Source: Nitrospirota bacterium | GTDB lineage: Bacteria; Nitrospirota; JACRHL01 | Length of the DNA stretch: 64,000 nt | Assembly: GCA_029858285.1 (NCBI GenBank) | Contig: JAOUFN010000012.1 | Span: forward strand, 3,470 to 67,469 | Direction: 5' to 3' | Part shown: positions 28,085 through 37,709 of the stretch, in pieces | Layout: the number at the start of each line of letters is the position of its first letter | Position numbering within the stretch: position 1 is the stretch's first letter | Notes under the pieces: generated by a model | Told to the model about the DNA's origin: nothing | Databases searched by the model: none | The model's input: only the letters and a program-made list of their open reading frames with translations | Made by a program: the position numbers and the translations under genes

Positions 28085-28581
28085 ATTTCCTGGCGCCCCC
28101 TGGCGTCATCCCCGGCGTACAGCAGCAAGACCGCACCCCACAGGCTGTTCATCAGCACCGCCGGTATCAGTTCGTGCCATACCAGCCAGAAATCGAACAC
28201 CAGGAACCCCGCCATGCTGTACATCACGGCGCTGAACAACTCCGCCAGCAGCATGAACACCCCCAGCAGGATCAGCTTCTGGGGCATTGCAATCTCCGGC
28301 AACAGGCGCGGCAGCAACGCCGCACCGGCACCCACCAGGGGCAGCAGCAGCAGGTTCAGCCCCACCCCGCCGGCGGTAAACCGGTCGTACAGCAGTCCGA
28401 GCCCAAACCCGGCCACCACGCCCACCCCCTCTCCCAGCGCCAGCCCGCACACGAAGACCAGCACCAGACCCAGGTGCGGTATCCAAACCTCGGGTAACAG
28501 GATGGGCAGGATGCGCAGTTGCAGGGGAATTATGCTGACCGCGACCACCAGGGCCAGCAGCCAGTCGCTCCAGCGGTTCAC
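28081..28581 (-). CDS. mreD: rod shape-determining protein MreD
   Basis: GTG start overlapping the mreC stop (GTGA). 166-aa polytopic membrane protein in the canonical position. Confidence 0.8.
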   Translation of the reverse strand: MNRWSDWLLALVVAVSIIPLQLRILPILLPEVWIPHLGLVLVFVCGLALGEGVGVVAGFGLGLLYDRFTAGGVGLNLLLLPLVGAGAALLPRLLPEIAMPQKLILLGVFMLLAELFSAVMYSMAGFLVFDFWLVWHELIPAVLMNSLWGAVLLLYAGDDARGRQEI

Positions 28582-29552
28582 GGCTTCTGCTCCGGTTCGT
28601 CCCCGGCCAGCTCGCCGGAAACCTCCGAGGCCTGCTCGCGGGCGGCAACCGCGGAGTCCACGCTGGGCCCGGCATCCGTCCTGGGTGTGCCGGTGGCGAT
28701 GATCACCACCTGCTCCAGGGTGTCCAGGCGGGTGGCGGGCACCACGTAGACCTTGAGGAAGGCGTCGGTCTTCTCGCGCACCACGCGCACCACCGTGCCC
28801 ACCGGGATACCGGGGGGAAACCGGCCCGACAGGCCGGAGGTCACCACCACATCCCCCGGCAGCACGTCGGCGGAGCGGTGGATGTAGCGCATTTCGGCCA
28901 CCAGCGGCACCCCCTCCACGGCGGCGCGCTCGGTGGCGCTCAAGGGGCGCAGTGTGGAGGGGCTCAGCCCGCCCACCAGAATTCCGGAGTGGCGGGAGCG
29001 CTGCACCCGTACCGGAATCACCGTGCCGCGATTATGCACCGCCAGTATCTCGGCGGTGTTGCCGGTGGCCTTGGCCACACGCCCGACCACCCCCAGGGGC
29101 GACAGCACCGCATCGCCGGAGCGGATGCCGACGTTCTCGCCTCGATCCACCAGCAGGGCGTCAAACCAGTGGCTGGCGTCGCCGCCGATGACCTGCGCCA
29201 GCACCCCCTTGGGGAAGGTGGAGGAGAAGCCCAGGTTTTTCTCCAGTGTATCGAGACGCACCACGGCGTCACGGCTGGCGGTGATCTCCTCCTGCAGGGC
29301 GTTGATTTCGGCGTGGAGCTGGAGATTGTCGCGGTAAACGTCCCCCAGCGCCACGTACTCGTGCCACGCGTTGCCGGACCATTTGGCGATGCCGTCGGAG
29401 ATGCTCACCAGTCCGGCGGAAGCCCACACAAACGGCGCCTCGATCAGCGACATGGGCCGCTTACGGGTCTGTGGGAACAGGATGAAGAGGGCAACCGCGC
29501 ATACCAGAAGCGCCCACACCCAGCGCCCCCCTCGCCGCCGCCTCGCAACCAT
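28578..29552 (-). CDS. mreC: rod shape-determining protein MreC
   Basis: Transmembrane anchor, coiled coil (LQLHAEINALQEEITASR) and an MreC beta domain. Confidence 0.85.
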   Translation of the reverse strand: MVARRRRGGRWVWALLVCAVALFILFPQTRKRPMSLIEAPFVWASAGLVSISDGIAKWSGNAWHEYVALGDVYRDNLQLHAEINALQEEITASRDAVVRLDTLEKNLGFSSTFPKGVLAQVIGGDASHWFDALLVDRGENVGIRSGDAVLSPLGVVGRVAKATGNTAEILAVHNRGTVIPVRVQRSRHSGILVGGLSPSTLRPLSATERAAVEGVPLVAEMRYIHRSADVLPGDVVVTSGLSGRFPPGIPVGTVVRVVREKTDAFLKVYVVPATRLDTLEQVVIIATGTPRTDAGPSVDSAVAAREQASEVSGELAGDEPEQKP

Positions 29553-29564
29553 GGCTCAGCCCTT

Positions 29565-30599
29565 TTACGTGGAGATGGAAATCTTGCGCAGCAGGTCAAG
29601 TTCCTGCAGCACCTGACCTCCACCAAGCACGACGCTGGTCAGCGGGTTGTCCACGGTGATGATGGGCAGATTGGTTTCCTCGCGCAGGCGCACGTCCAGC
29701 CCGCGCACCAGGGAACCACCGCCGGTGAGCACCAGGCCCCGGTCGATGATGTCGCCGGAGAGCTCCGGCGGGGTGTTTTCGAGGGCCACCTTGATGGTGT
29801 TCACGATCACCGAGATCGGCTCGGCCAGTGCCTCGCGAATCTCGCTGTCGTCGATCACCAGGGTCTTGGGGATGCCCGAGATCAGGTCGCGCCCCTTGAT
29901 CATGGTGCTCATCGGCTCGTCCATCGGGTAGGCGCTGCCGATTTCCATCTTGATGCGCTCGGCCATGTGCTCGCCGATCAGCAGGTTGTACTTGCGCTTG
30001 ACGTAGCTGACGATGGCGTCGTCCATCTTGTCGCCAGCCACCTTCACGCTCTCGCTGTACACGATGCCCGCCAGGGAGATCACCGCCACGTCGGTGGTGC
30101 CGCCGCCGATGTCCACCACCATGTTACCCTCGGCCTCGGCGATGGGCAGACCGGCGCCGATGGCTGCGGCCACCGGCTCCTCGATGATGTACACCTCGCG
30201 GGCCCCCGCCAGTTCCGCCGAATCGCGCACCGCACGCTGCTCCACCTGGGTGATCCCGGAGGGCACGCAGATGACGATGCGCGGACTGACGAAGCTGCGC
30301 CGGTTGTGGGCCTTCTGGATGAAGTGCCGGAGCATTTTCTCGGTGGTTTCGAAGTCGGCGATCACGCCATCCTTCATCGGGCGGATGGCAACGATGTTGC
30401 CGGGGGTGCGCCCCAGCATCTTCTTCGCCTCGGCGCCGACCGCGAGAATTTTGCCGCTGTGCTTGTCCATGGCCACCACCGACGGCTCGTCGATGACGAT
30501 GCCGCGGCCTTTGACATAGACCAGCGTATTGGCGGTGCCCAGGTCGATCGCAAGATCTTCCGAGACCCACCCCATGAATTTGTTTCTGAACCCGAACAA
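29565..30599 (-). CDS. mreB: rod shape-determining protein MreB (actin homolog)
   Basis: A TTG start at 30599 (GGAGAGGGGA upstream) gives [31 protein letters not shown], which aligns with E. coli [28 protein letters not shown]. The ATG at 30575 would truncate the conserved N-terminus. Confidence 0.9.
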   Translation of the reverse strand: MFGFRNKFMGWVSEDLAIDLGTANTLVYVKGRGIVIDEPSVVAMDKHSGKILAVGAEAKKMLGRTPGNIVAIRPMKDGVIADFETTEKMLRHFIQKAHNRRSFVSPRIVICVPSGITQVEQRAVRDSAELAGAREVYIIEEPVAAAIGAGLPIAEAEGNMVVDIGGGTTDVAVISLAGIVYSESVKVAGDKMDDAIVSYVKRKYNLLIGEHMAERIKMEIGSAYPMDEPMSTMIKGRDLISGIPKTLVIDDSEIREALAEPISVIVNTIKVALENTPPELSGDIIDRGLVLTGGGSLVRGLDVRLREETNLPIITVDNPLTSVVLGGGQVLQELDLLRKISIST

Positions 30600-30966
30600 C
30601 CCTAGGTACTCCCCTCTCCAGGTAGAGATCTGTTTCCGGTCCGGGCGTTGCACCCGACCGGCGGTCATGTATGACGTTTATGTCAGCAAAAGCTGTTTTT
30701 GTCAAAGCCCTTCCATGCTAGCAGAAACCCGGCAGGGTGCGCATAAGGATATTTGCAGCAACGATTTTCCCCTTCCGCCGCCGGCAACCCGCCGCCCGCA
30801 CGGAGCCGCGCGCGGGTGGTATACTGCCGCCGTCCCCGCATCTCCCGATGCCGCCGCGCCTCCGGCGCGGGGCAGTTGGAATCCCTGCTGGTCCGGCGCC
30901 CCAAAACGCCGGGCCCGTCATCGTCCGGGCCGATCCTCCCCGGTCCGGACACACCCCGGAGGCCGC

Positions 30967-31728
30967 ATGGCGGAAGCGTTGCATTTCGAGACCGAGGTCA
31001 TCCAGGTGGTGCTGGAGACCATGGACGTGTTCACCTTCCGCCTCGAAATTCCCGCCGACGTGCCGTTCATCTGGCGGGCGGGCCAGTTCATCAACCTGAC
31101 GGTAAATACGCCCGAGTACGGCCCCGGCATGGAGCGCCTGACCCGCGCTTATTCCATCAGTTCCTCCCCCGGCGAGGGGCGGTTTCTGGACCTGACTGTG
31201 AAATATTACGAGGACGGCCACGTCTCGCGTCATCTTCGGGAGGTGACCTATGTGGGCGAGGTGGTGGGCGTCGAAGGACCGTCGGGGGATTTTTATTTCG
31301 ACGCGGGGGCCGGGGCGACGGGAACAGGGGCGGCACGGCGCATCGCCCTGATTGGCGGCGGCGCCGGGGTGGCGCCCCTGCGGGCCATTGCCCGCGACAT
31401 TCTGGAACGCGGTCTGGATGTGGACATTCACTATCTGGCGAGCTGCCGCACCCCCAACGACATGATCTACCTGGCCACCCTGATGGCGTGGACGGAACAC
31501 CACCCCAACCTGCGCGTCACCCACACCATCACCCGCCCCCAGGGGCAGGGGTGGAGCGGCCCCACCGGCCGCATCGACGCGGAAAAATTGCGCGCTTGTG
31601 TGCCGCCGGAGTCCACCGACCTGTATTTCGTGGCCGGCCCCACCGCCATGGTGGCGTCGGTGCGGGAGGCGCTCAAGAAGGACCTGGGCGTGGACCGGTC
31701 GCGCATCGTCTGGGAGCCGTGGGGGTAA
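30967..31728 (+). CDS. ferredoxin-NADP reductase-like oxidoreductase (FAD/NAD(P)-binding, FNR family)
   Basis: Internal ATG. RAYSISS (the RxYS FAD motif), a GGAGVAP NAD motif and overall FNR topology. Confidence 0.65.
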   Translation: MAEALHFETEVIQVVLETMDVFTFRLEIPADVPFIWRAGQFINLTVNTPEYGPGMERLTRAYSISSSPGEGRFLDLTVKYYEDGHVSRHLREVTYVGEVVGVEGPSGDFYFDAGAGATGTGAARRIALIGGGAGVAPLRAIARDILERGLDVDIHYLASCRTPNDMIYLATLMAWTEHHPNLRVTHTITRPQGQGWSGPTGRIDAEKLRACVPPESTDLYFVAGPTAMVASVREALKKDLGVDRSRIVWEPWG

Positions 31729-31732
31729 GGCC

Positions 31733-32296
31733 ATGAACGTGGTGCTGGTGGCGCCGGAGATTCCGCCCAACTGCGGCAACGTGGCGCGCCTGTGCGTGAG
31801 TGTCGGGGCGCGCCTGCACCTGGTGGAACCCCTTGGCTTCGAGCTTTCCGACCGCTATCTGAAGCGCGCCGGTCTGGACTACTGGGAACACCTGGACCTG
31901 ACCGTGCATGCGTCCTTCGCGGCCCTTCTGGAGCAGAAGGGGGCTGCGCCCATGTACCTGGCCACCAGCCGCGCCACCCGCCCCTATACCGGAGTGACTT
32001 ACGGCGCGGACGACTGGCTGGTGTTCGGCAACGAGACCGGCGGGCTGCCGCAGGAGCTGGTGGAAAAATTCGTGGACCACACGCTGTGCATCCCCATGTG
32101 GGGACCGTCGCGCTGCCTGAACCTGAGCAACGCGGTGGCGGTGGTGGTGTTCGAGGCGTTGCGTCAGTTGCGGCCCGGGGCGTTCTATCCAGGTACTGGC
32201 GGCCTGCCGCCTCAGGGCGTGCCGGGCGCGGCAGACGCAGATGCGGGCGCCGCCGCCTCTACCGGCGTACCCTCCACTTCGGGGCCGATGCGATAG
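31733..32296 (+). CDS. trmL: tRNA (cytidine/uridine-2'-O)-methyltransferase TrmL (SpoU/TrmH family) with a ~35-aa low-complexity C-terminal tail
   Basis: MNVVLVAPEIPPNCGNVARLC...GLDYW...LVFGNETGGLP is the TrmL/YibK signature. The tail overlaps the convergent M23 gene by 85 bp. Confidence 0.75.
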   Translation: MNVVLVAPEIPPNCGNVARLCVSVGARLHLVEPLGFELSDRYLKRAGLDYWEHLDLTVHASFAALLEQKGAAPMYLATSRATRPYTGVTYGADDWLVFGNETGGLPQELVEKFVDHTLCIPMWGPSRCLNLSNAVAVVVFEALRQLRPGAFYPGTGGLPPQGVPGAADADAGAAASTGVPSTSGPMR

Positions 32297-33402
32297 ACCG
32301 GGGCGTCGCGGGTCAGCCACAGGGGGTTGATGCGCGCCCCGTCCAGCCGCCCCCCCCAGTGCAGGTGCGGCCCGGTGGCGCGGCCGGTGGCCCCCACCCG
32401 GCCGATGACATCTCCCGCCTCCACCTGCTGGCCGTCCTTGACGGTGATCGCCGACAGGTGCATGTAGAACGTGAACAGCCCGCCGCCGTGCTCCAGAAAC
32501 ACAGTGTTGCCGCCAAAAAAATAGTCGCCGGGGATGCGCGCCACGCCCCGGTTGGGAGCGCTTACCGGGGTGCCGCTGGGGGCGGGAAAATCCTCGCCGT
32601 TGTGGGGGCTGCGCGGCTCGCCGTTGAACACCCGGCGGTAGCCGAAGCGGCCGGAAGGCTCGGCGCCCACGGGACTTCTCCAGGCGTCGCGCCACAGGGG
32701 CGCCTCGGGGCCGCTGACCCACAGGTGACTGATGGCCGCCTTTTCGCGTTTGATGCGCCTCAGGCTCTTGGGGCTGGGGTTTACCGTCTCGTCGGGTACT
32801 CCGTCGACGCGCTGCTCCGGAAAATCCACCTTGGTGATCTCTACCGTCAGGCGCGCCAGCAGGACTGACTGCCCGTCGCGCCGCACCTTCACCTCCAGCG
32901 GTTCGGTGCCCGGAGAAGACTGCATGTCCGCGCCGATCAGGCCCACGAAGCGATTGTCCGAAGCCTCTGCATGCACGAAGGGCACCGGGTGGGCACGAAA
33001 GCTGCCCCAGGGAGCCGAGTCGCCGGGCCGGATGGTAACCTCGATGCGCCCCACCCCGCCCTGGGGGATCTGAAACACCCCCTCCCCGGCGGCGGCCAAA
33101 GCCGCGGTGGTCAGGGTCAGGCTTAGTGCCAGGCCCAGCGCCAGGATGACCAGCGTGCCGCCCAGGGCGGCACCGGCAGCCAGGGCCACGCGGCGCAGCC
33201 CCCTCTCCCGCCGACAGACCCGCGCCCATGCTGTGGAGTACGCTGTGGACAATTCGACGGGGAATCCTGTGGAAAATTCTTCGAAAATCCCTGCTGCCGC
33301 CCCGGCGGAGGCCACTCCGCGGCTCCGCCGCACGCACTGCTCCGCCTTGCATCCCGAGGGGTAAATCCGATACGTTATGGGCAGGATCATTTGCAGGATC
33401 AT
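32212..33402 (-). CDS. M23 family metallopeptidase (murein DD-endopeptidase-like)
   Basis: C-terminal LytM/M23 motifs (HNGEDF, GNTVFLEHGGGLFTFYMHL, GATGRATGPHLHWG). The 5' part of the ORF is low-complexity, so the start is uncertain. The signal-like segment RRVALAAGAALGGTLVILALG suggests a start near 33220. Confidence 0.6.
   Translation of the reverse strand: MILQMILPITYRIYPSGCKAEQCVRRSRGVASAGAAAGIFEEFSTGFPVELSTAYSTAWARVCRRERGLRRVALAAGAALGGTLVILALGLALSLTLTTAALAAAGEGVFQIPQGGVGRIEVTIRPGDSAPWGSFRAHPVPFVHAEASDNRFVGLIGADMQSSPGTEPLEVKVRRDGQSVLLARLTVEITKVDFPEQRVDGVPDETVNPSPKSLRRIKREKAAISHLWVSGPEAPLWRDAWRSPVGAEPSGRFGYRRVFNGEPRSPHNGEDFPAPSGTPVSAPNRGVARIPGDYFFGGNTVFLEHGGGLFTFYMHLSAITVKDGQQVEAGDVIGRVGATGRATGPHLHWGGRLDGARINPLWLTRDAPVYRIGPEVEGTPVEAAAPASASAAPGTP
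33231..33275. promoter_or_regulatory. three direct repeats of CTGTGGA (33231, 33243, 33268), plus GAAAAT x2, in the 5' region of the M23 peptidase gene
   Basis: Direct repeats with 12- and 25-bp phasing in a locally AT-richer stretch. Candidate binding sites for a direct-repeat-recognising regulator. Confidence 0.25.
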
Positions 33403-33952
33403 CTGGTTGATTGTCCGTTCGCCCGTTCACCCGGCGGCTGGCTGGAGCGCCAGGCCGGAGGTTCGGTCGTTTGCTGTATTTTCGACGTGACCGACATCGG
33501 CGTTTCCCTGCCTTGCCCGTGACCGGCCGGCATGCATCCCGGGACCCAATGCTTCGGAAGCGGGAGCTCGAGTACGGGGTGGTGTGCACGGCCCATGGCG
33601 CTGCCAGCGGGTCGTCCTGAAATCCCGGGGAGGGCGCCCACCTGTCATAGACAGGGTTCCGGAGCATCCGTCCGGCACGACAAGGCGGGGATATTAATAC
33701 CGTGCCCGCGGCGGGTGGCGCAACCCGCCGCGGGACTTTATTCCGTGAGGGATCTCCTCCCGCAAGACCGTGGCCAAACCCGCGGACGGTTTGCGCGGGG
33801 CGGCCTGTGGGCCGGTCTGGAGGGGGGAGATTGTGGGGACCGGGCGCACCGTTTCGGTGCCCGTCGGCCTCTTCCCGCAGCCGCTGCTTCCGCAGGGCAC
33901 CTGCCCGTCGCCGGTCCGTCTCCCCGCGCCCCGTGGCGCGATCCGAGGTGTG

Positions 33953-35404
33953 ATGGACCTGTTTGCCAACACAGAGGCCGCCGCCGGGGCGATGCCAGCC
34001 GAGACCACGGCTGCGGCCCCCCGGGTGCCGCTGGCCTGGCGCATGCGGCCACGCACCCTGGACGAGTACACCGGCCAGCCGCACCTGCTCGGCCCCGGCG
34101 GCCTGCTGCGCCGACAACTGGCCGCCCGGCGCATCGGTTCCCTGATCCTCTACGGCCCTCCTGGCTGCGGCAAAACCGCCCTTGCCCACCTGATCGCCCG
34201 CACCCTCCAGATGCCGTTCACGGAACTCAACGCGGTCACCGCCGGGGTACCGGAGATCCGCAAGGCGGTGGAAACCGCCACCCGCCACCGGCAGCATGGC
34301 GGCGGCGCCACCCTGTTGTTCATCGACGAAATCCACCGCTTCAACAAGCCGCAGCAGAGCGCCCTGCTCCCCCACGTGGAACAGGGGCTGCTGACCCTGA
34401 TCGGGGCCAGCACCCAGAACCCGTTTTTTTCCATCATTCCCCCCCTCGCCTCCCGCTCCCACATCGTGGAACTGAAACCCCACGGGGCGGACGACCTCGG
34501 CGTCATTCTGGAAGCCGCTCTCGGTGACTCGGAACGCGGATTGGGAAGCCTGCCCCTGGCGGCAGAAGCGGACGCCCTGGCCTTTCTCGCCGAACGCTGC
34601 GAAGGCGACGCCCGGCGCGCCCTGAACACCCTGGAAATGGCGGCCCTGACCACCCCCCCTGACGCCAGTGGGCAAATCCGCCTGACGCGGGCGGTGCTGG
34701 AGCAGTGTCTGGGCAAGAAGGCCGTGGTCTACGACGGCGAGGACGCCCACTACGACACCGCCAGCGCCTTCATCAAGAGCATCCGGGGTTCGGACGCGGA
34801 CGCCGCCCTGTATTGGCTGGCAAAAATGATCGAGGGCGGGGAAGACCCCCTGTTCATCGCCCGCCGTCTGGTGATCTCGGCCAGCGAGGACATTGGCAAC
34901 GCCGACCCGCGCGGCCTGATGGTGGCCGTGGCGGCGCAACAGGCGGTCAGCGCCATCGGCATGCCGGAAGGGCGCATCCCCCTGGCCCAGGCCACCACCT
35001 ATCTGGCCCTTGCCCCCAAGAGCAACGCGGCCTACCTGGCCGTGGATGCGGCGCTGGCGGACATTCGCGGCGGCATGGTGCTGCCGGTGCCGCCCCATCT
35101 ACAGGACGCCCACTACCCCGGCGCCAAACGTCTGGGGCGCGGCGACGGCTATCTGTATCCACATGATTTTCCTGGCCATTTCGTTTCCCAGGACTACCTG
35201 GGGGCACGACGTTCCTACTATCGGCCCACCGGACAGGGCTTCGAGGCGCGGCTGGCGGAACGCATGGCCGACCTGCACCGGCTGGGCCAGACCCCGGTGT
35301 CCCGAACAAAACATCCCGTCCAGAACGGTTCCGACAAGCGCAGCCCCGACAAACACAGCCCCGACAAACATAGCCCCGACCGGGGGCGCCCGGAGATCTC
35401 ATGA
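33953..35404 (+). CDS. rarA: replication-associated recombination protein A (AAA+ ATPase RarA/MgsA)
   Basis: Internal ATG. Walker A (GPPGCGKT), Walker B (LLFIDEIHRF) and sensor motifs. The C-terminus carries 3 tandem SPDKH repeats. The stop overlaps the rny start (ATGA). Confidence 0.85.
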   Translation: MDLFANTEAAAGAMPAETTAAAPRVPLAWRMRPRTLDEYTGQPHLLGPGGLLRRQLAARRIGSLILYGPPGCGKTALAHLIARTLQMPFTELNAVTAGVPEIRKAVETATRHRQHGGGATLLFIDEIHRFNKPQQSALLPHVEQGLLTLIGASTQNPFFSIIPPLASRSHIVELKPHGADDLGVILEAALGDSERGLGSLPLAAEADALAFLAERCEGDARRALNTLEMAALTTPPDASGQIRLTRAVLEQCLGKKAVVYDGEDAHYDTASAFIKSIRGSDADAALYWLAKMIEGGEDPLFIARRLVISASEDIGNADPRGLMVAVAAQQAVSAIGMPEGRIPLAQATTYLALAPKSNAAYLAVDAALADIRGGMVLPVPPHLQDAHYPGAKRLGRGDGYLYPHDFPGHFVSQDYLGARRSYYRPTGQGFEARLAERMADLHRLGQTPVSRTKHPVQNGSDKRSPDKHSPDKHSPDRGRPEIS

Positions 35405-36891
35405 ATCCCACCGACATCCTGTTAGCCGTCACGCTGCTGGCCAGCATCGGCGTCATATTTGTGCTGCTGCGCCACCACAACGGCATGGGCCGCGACCAGG
35501 CCGAGGGGCTGGCAGCGCGCATTGTCGCCAACGCCGAGCGCGAAGCCGACGTGCTGCGCCGCGCCGCAGAACTGGAAGTGAAGGACCGGCGCCAGACCGC
35601 AGCGGCGGAGCAGGAGTCCCTTGCCGGGCGCGAGGCCGAGGCCCGGCGCCTGCACCAGGAGGCGCAGCAGCAGGCTGCTGCCGTGGCCGAACAGGAACAG
35701 CAACTGGCCCGCGACCGGGCCCAGGTGAAGGAGCAAGGAGACACCATTGCCCGCACCCTGGAGCGCATTTCCGGTCTGTCACAGGAGCAGGCGCGGGAGG
35801 CCCTGATGGAACGGCTGGAGAGTGACTTCCGCTTCGATGCCGCACGCAGCCTGGCGCGCATTGAGGAGGAGGCCCGCAACGAGGCCGACGACCGCGCCCG
35901 CCACATCATCTCCAAGGCCATCCAGCGGGTGGCCGGTGACTATGTGGTAGAGGCCACGGTCACCGCCATCAACCTGCCGTCGGACGACCTCAAGGGGCGC
36001 ATCATCGGCCGCGAGGGGCGCAACATCCGCGCACTGGAGACCGCCACCGGCGTCAACCTGATCGTGGACGACACCCCGGAGACCATTCTCATCTCCAGCT
36101 TCGACCCCCTGCGCCGGGAGGTGGCCCGCCGCACCCTGGAACTGCTGATGGCCGACGGGCGCTTTCAGCCCACGCGCATCGAGGACACGGTGCGCTCTGT
36201 TGAAGAAAAACTCGACGGGGAGATGCGCGAGGCGGCCAACAAGATCCTGTTCGAACTCGACATCCACGACATGCACCCGGATCTGGTGGCCACCCTGGGG
36301 CGCCTGAAGTACCGCCTCAGTTACGGTCAAAACAACCTGGCCCACGCCCGCGAGGTGGGGCTGATCTGCGGCATGATGGCCGATGAACTGGGGCTCGACC
36401 GCAAGCTTGCGGTGCGGGCCGGACTGCTGCACGATGTGGGCAAGGTGCTCAGTCATGATCAGGAGGGGGGGCACGCGGTGCTGGGGGCGGAACTGGCGGA
36501 ACGCTGCGGGGAACACCCCCATGTGGTGAACGCCATCGGTTCCCACCACGGCGACGTCAAGCCGGTCACCAAGGAGGCCTATCTGGTGGCGGCGGGCGAC
36601 GCCCTGTCCGCCGGGCGGCCGGGGGCGCGGCGCGAAAACATGGAACTGTACGTCAAGCGCCTGCAAAACCTGGAGCAGGTGGCCAGTTCCTTCCCCGGCG
36701 TGGACCGGGTCTATGCCCTGCAGGCCGGACGCGAGTTGCGGGTGCTGGTGGACGCCGAACGCCTCTCGGACGACGAGTGCCTGATGATTTCGCGGGACAT
36801 TGCCCGTCGAATCGAAAAAGAGATCACCTTTCCCGGCCAGATCAAGGTCTGTCTGGTACGGGAATCCCGCTTCATCGAGTACGCCCGCTGA
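35401..36891 (+). CDS. rny: ribonuclease Y
   Basis: N-terminal transmembrane segment, a long coiled coil, a KH domain (GRIIGREGRNIRALE) and an HD domain (HAREV...LLHDVGK). This is the RNase Y architecture. Confidence 0.85.
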   Translation: MNPTDILLAVTLLASIGVIFVLLRHHNGMGRDQAEGLAARIVANAEREADVLRRAAELEVKDRRQTAAAEQESLAGREAEARRLHQEAQQQAAAVAEQEQQLARDRAQVKEQGDTIARTLERISGLSQEQAREALMERLESDFRFDAARSLARIEEEARNEADDRARHIISKAIQRVAGDYVVEATVTAINLPSDDLKGRIIGREGRNIRALETATGVNLIVDDTPETILISSFDPLRREVARRTLELLMADGRFQPTRIEDTVRSVEEKLDGEMREAANKILFELDIHDMHPDLVATLGRLKYRLSYGQNNLAHAREVGLICGMMADELGLDRKLAVRAGLLHDVGKVLSHDQEGGHAVLGAELAERCGEHPHVVNAIGSHHGDVKPVTKEAYLVAAGDALSAGRPGARRENMELYVKRLQNLEQVASSFPGVDRVYALQAGRELRVLVDAERLSDDECLMISRDIARRIEKEITFPGQIKVCLVRESRFIEYAR

Positions 36892-37709
36892 TGGAGGCCA
36901 CAGTGACCCCACCGGAATCCGGCCTGTTGAACATCCTGATGATCGGCGACATTGTTGGCGAGCCGGGCCGCAAGGCGGTGTTCCGCCACCTCGACCGGCT
37001 GCGTGACGAATACCGTCTGGACCTGGTCATCGGCAACGGCGAAAACGCCGCCGGAGGCTTTGGCATCACCCACGAAGTGGCGCGGGAGTTGTACCGCATG
37101 GGGCTGGACGTCATCACCACCGGTAACCACGCCTGGGACAAACCCGAGGCCCTGGACCTGTTCCGCGAGGAAAAACGCCTGCTGCGCCCCGCCAACTATC
37201 CGGAAGGCACACCGGGCAGTGGCTCCGGGCTGTTCACCACCGCCTCCGGCCACAAGGTGGGGGTGGTGCAGGTGATGGGCAGGGTATTCATGCACGCCCT
37301 GGACTGCCCGTTCCGCGCCGCCACCCGCGAGGTCAACCGCATGCGCCGCGAAACCCCGGTGGTGATCGTGGATGTGCACGCCGAGGCCAGCAGCGAAAAA
37401 ATGGCCATGGGCTGGCACCTGGACGGCATTGCCTCCAGTGTGTCCGGCAGTCACACCCATGTGCAGACCGCGGACGCCCGTCTGCTGCCCGGCGGCACCG
37501 GCTACCTGACCGACGTGGGCATGACCGGCCCCATGGACGGCGTGATCGGCATGCGCAAGGACGCCGTGCTGGCGCGCTTCCTGTCCGGCATGCCCAAGCG
37601 TCTGGCGGTGGCCTCCGGCCCGGCGGTGTTCTCTGGAGCGGTGTTCTCCATCGAACCCGCCAGCGGCCGCTGCCAGCGGGTGGAGCGGGTGTATCTGCCC
37701 GATGTCTGA
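36891..37709 (+). CDS. ymdB: TIGR00282-family metallophosphoesterase (YmdB-like 2',3'-cyclic-nucleotide phosphodiesterase)
   Basis: Internal ATG overlapping the rny stop. LNILMIGDIVG...GNGEN...TTGNH calcineurin-like motifs. The rny-ymdB linkage is classic. Confidence 0.8.
   Translation: MEATVTPPESGLLNILMIGDIVGEPGRKAVFRHLDRLRDEYRLDLVIGNGENAAGGFGITHEVARELYRMGLDVITTGNHAWDKPEALDLFREEKRLLRPANYPEGTPGSGSGLFTTASGHKVGVVQVMGRVFMHALDCPFRAATREVNRMRRETPVVIVDVHAEASSEKMAMGWHLDGIASSVSGSHTHVQTADARLLPGGTGYLTDVGMTGPMDGVIGMRKDAVLARFLSGMPKRLAVASGPAVFSGAVFSIEPASGRCQRVERVYLPDV

Noticed and set aside
30529-30966. Upstream extensions of the FNR-like ORF (30529..30966) and of the TrmL ORF (31598..31732).
   Set aside because: No homology in the extensions. 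Proper ATG starts at 30967 and 31733 give the conserved N-termini. The extensions overlap neighbouring genes.
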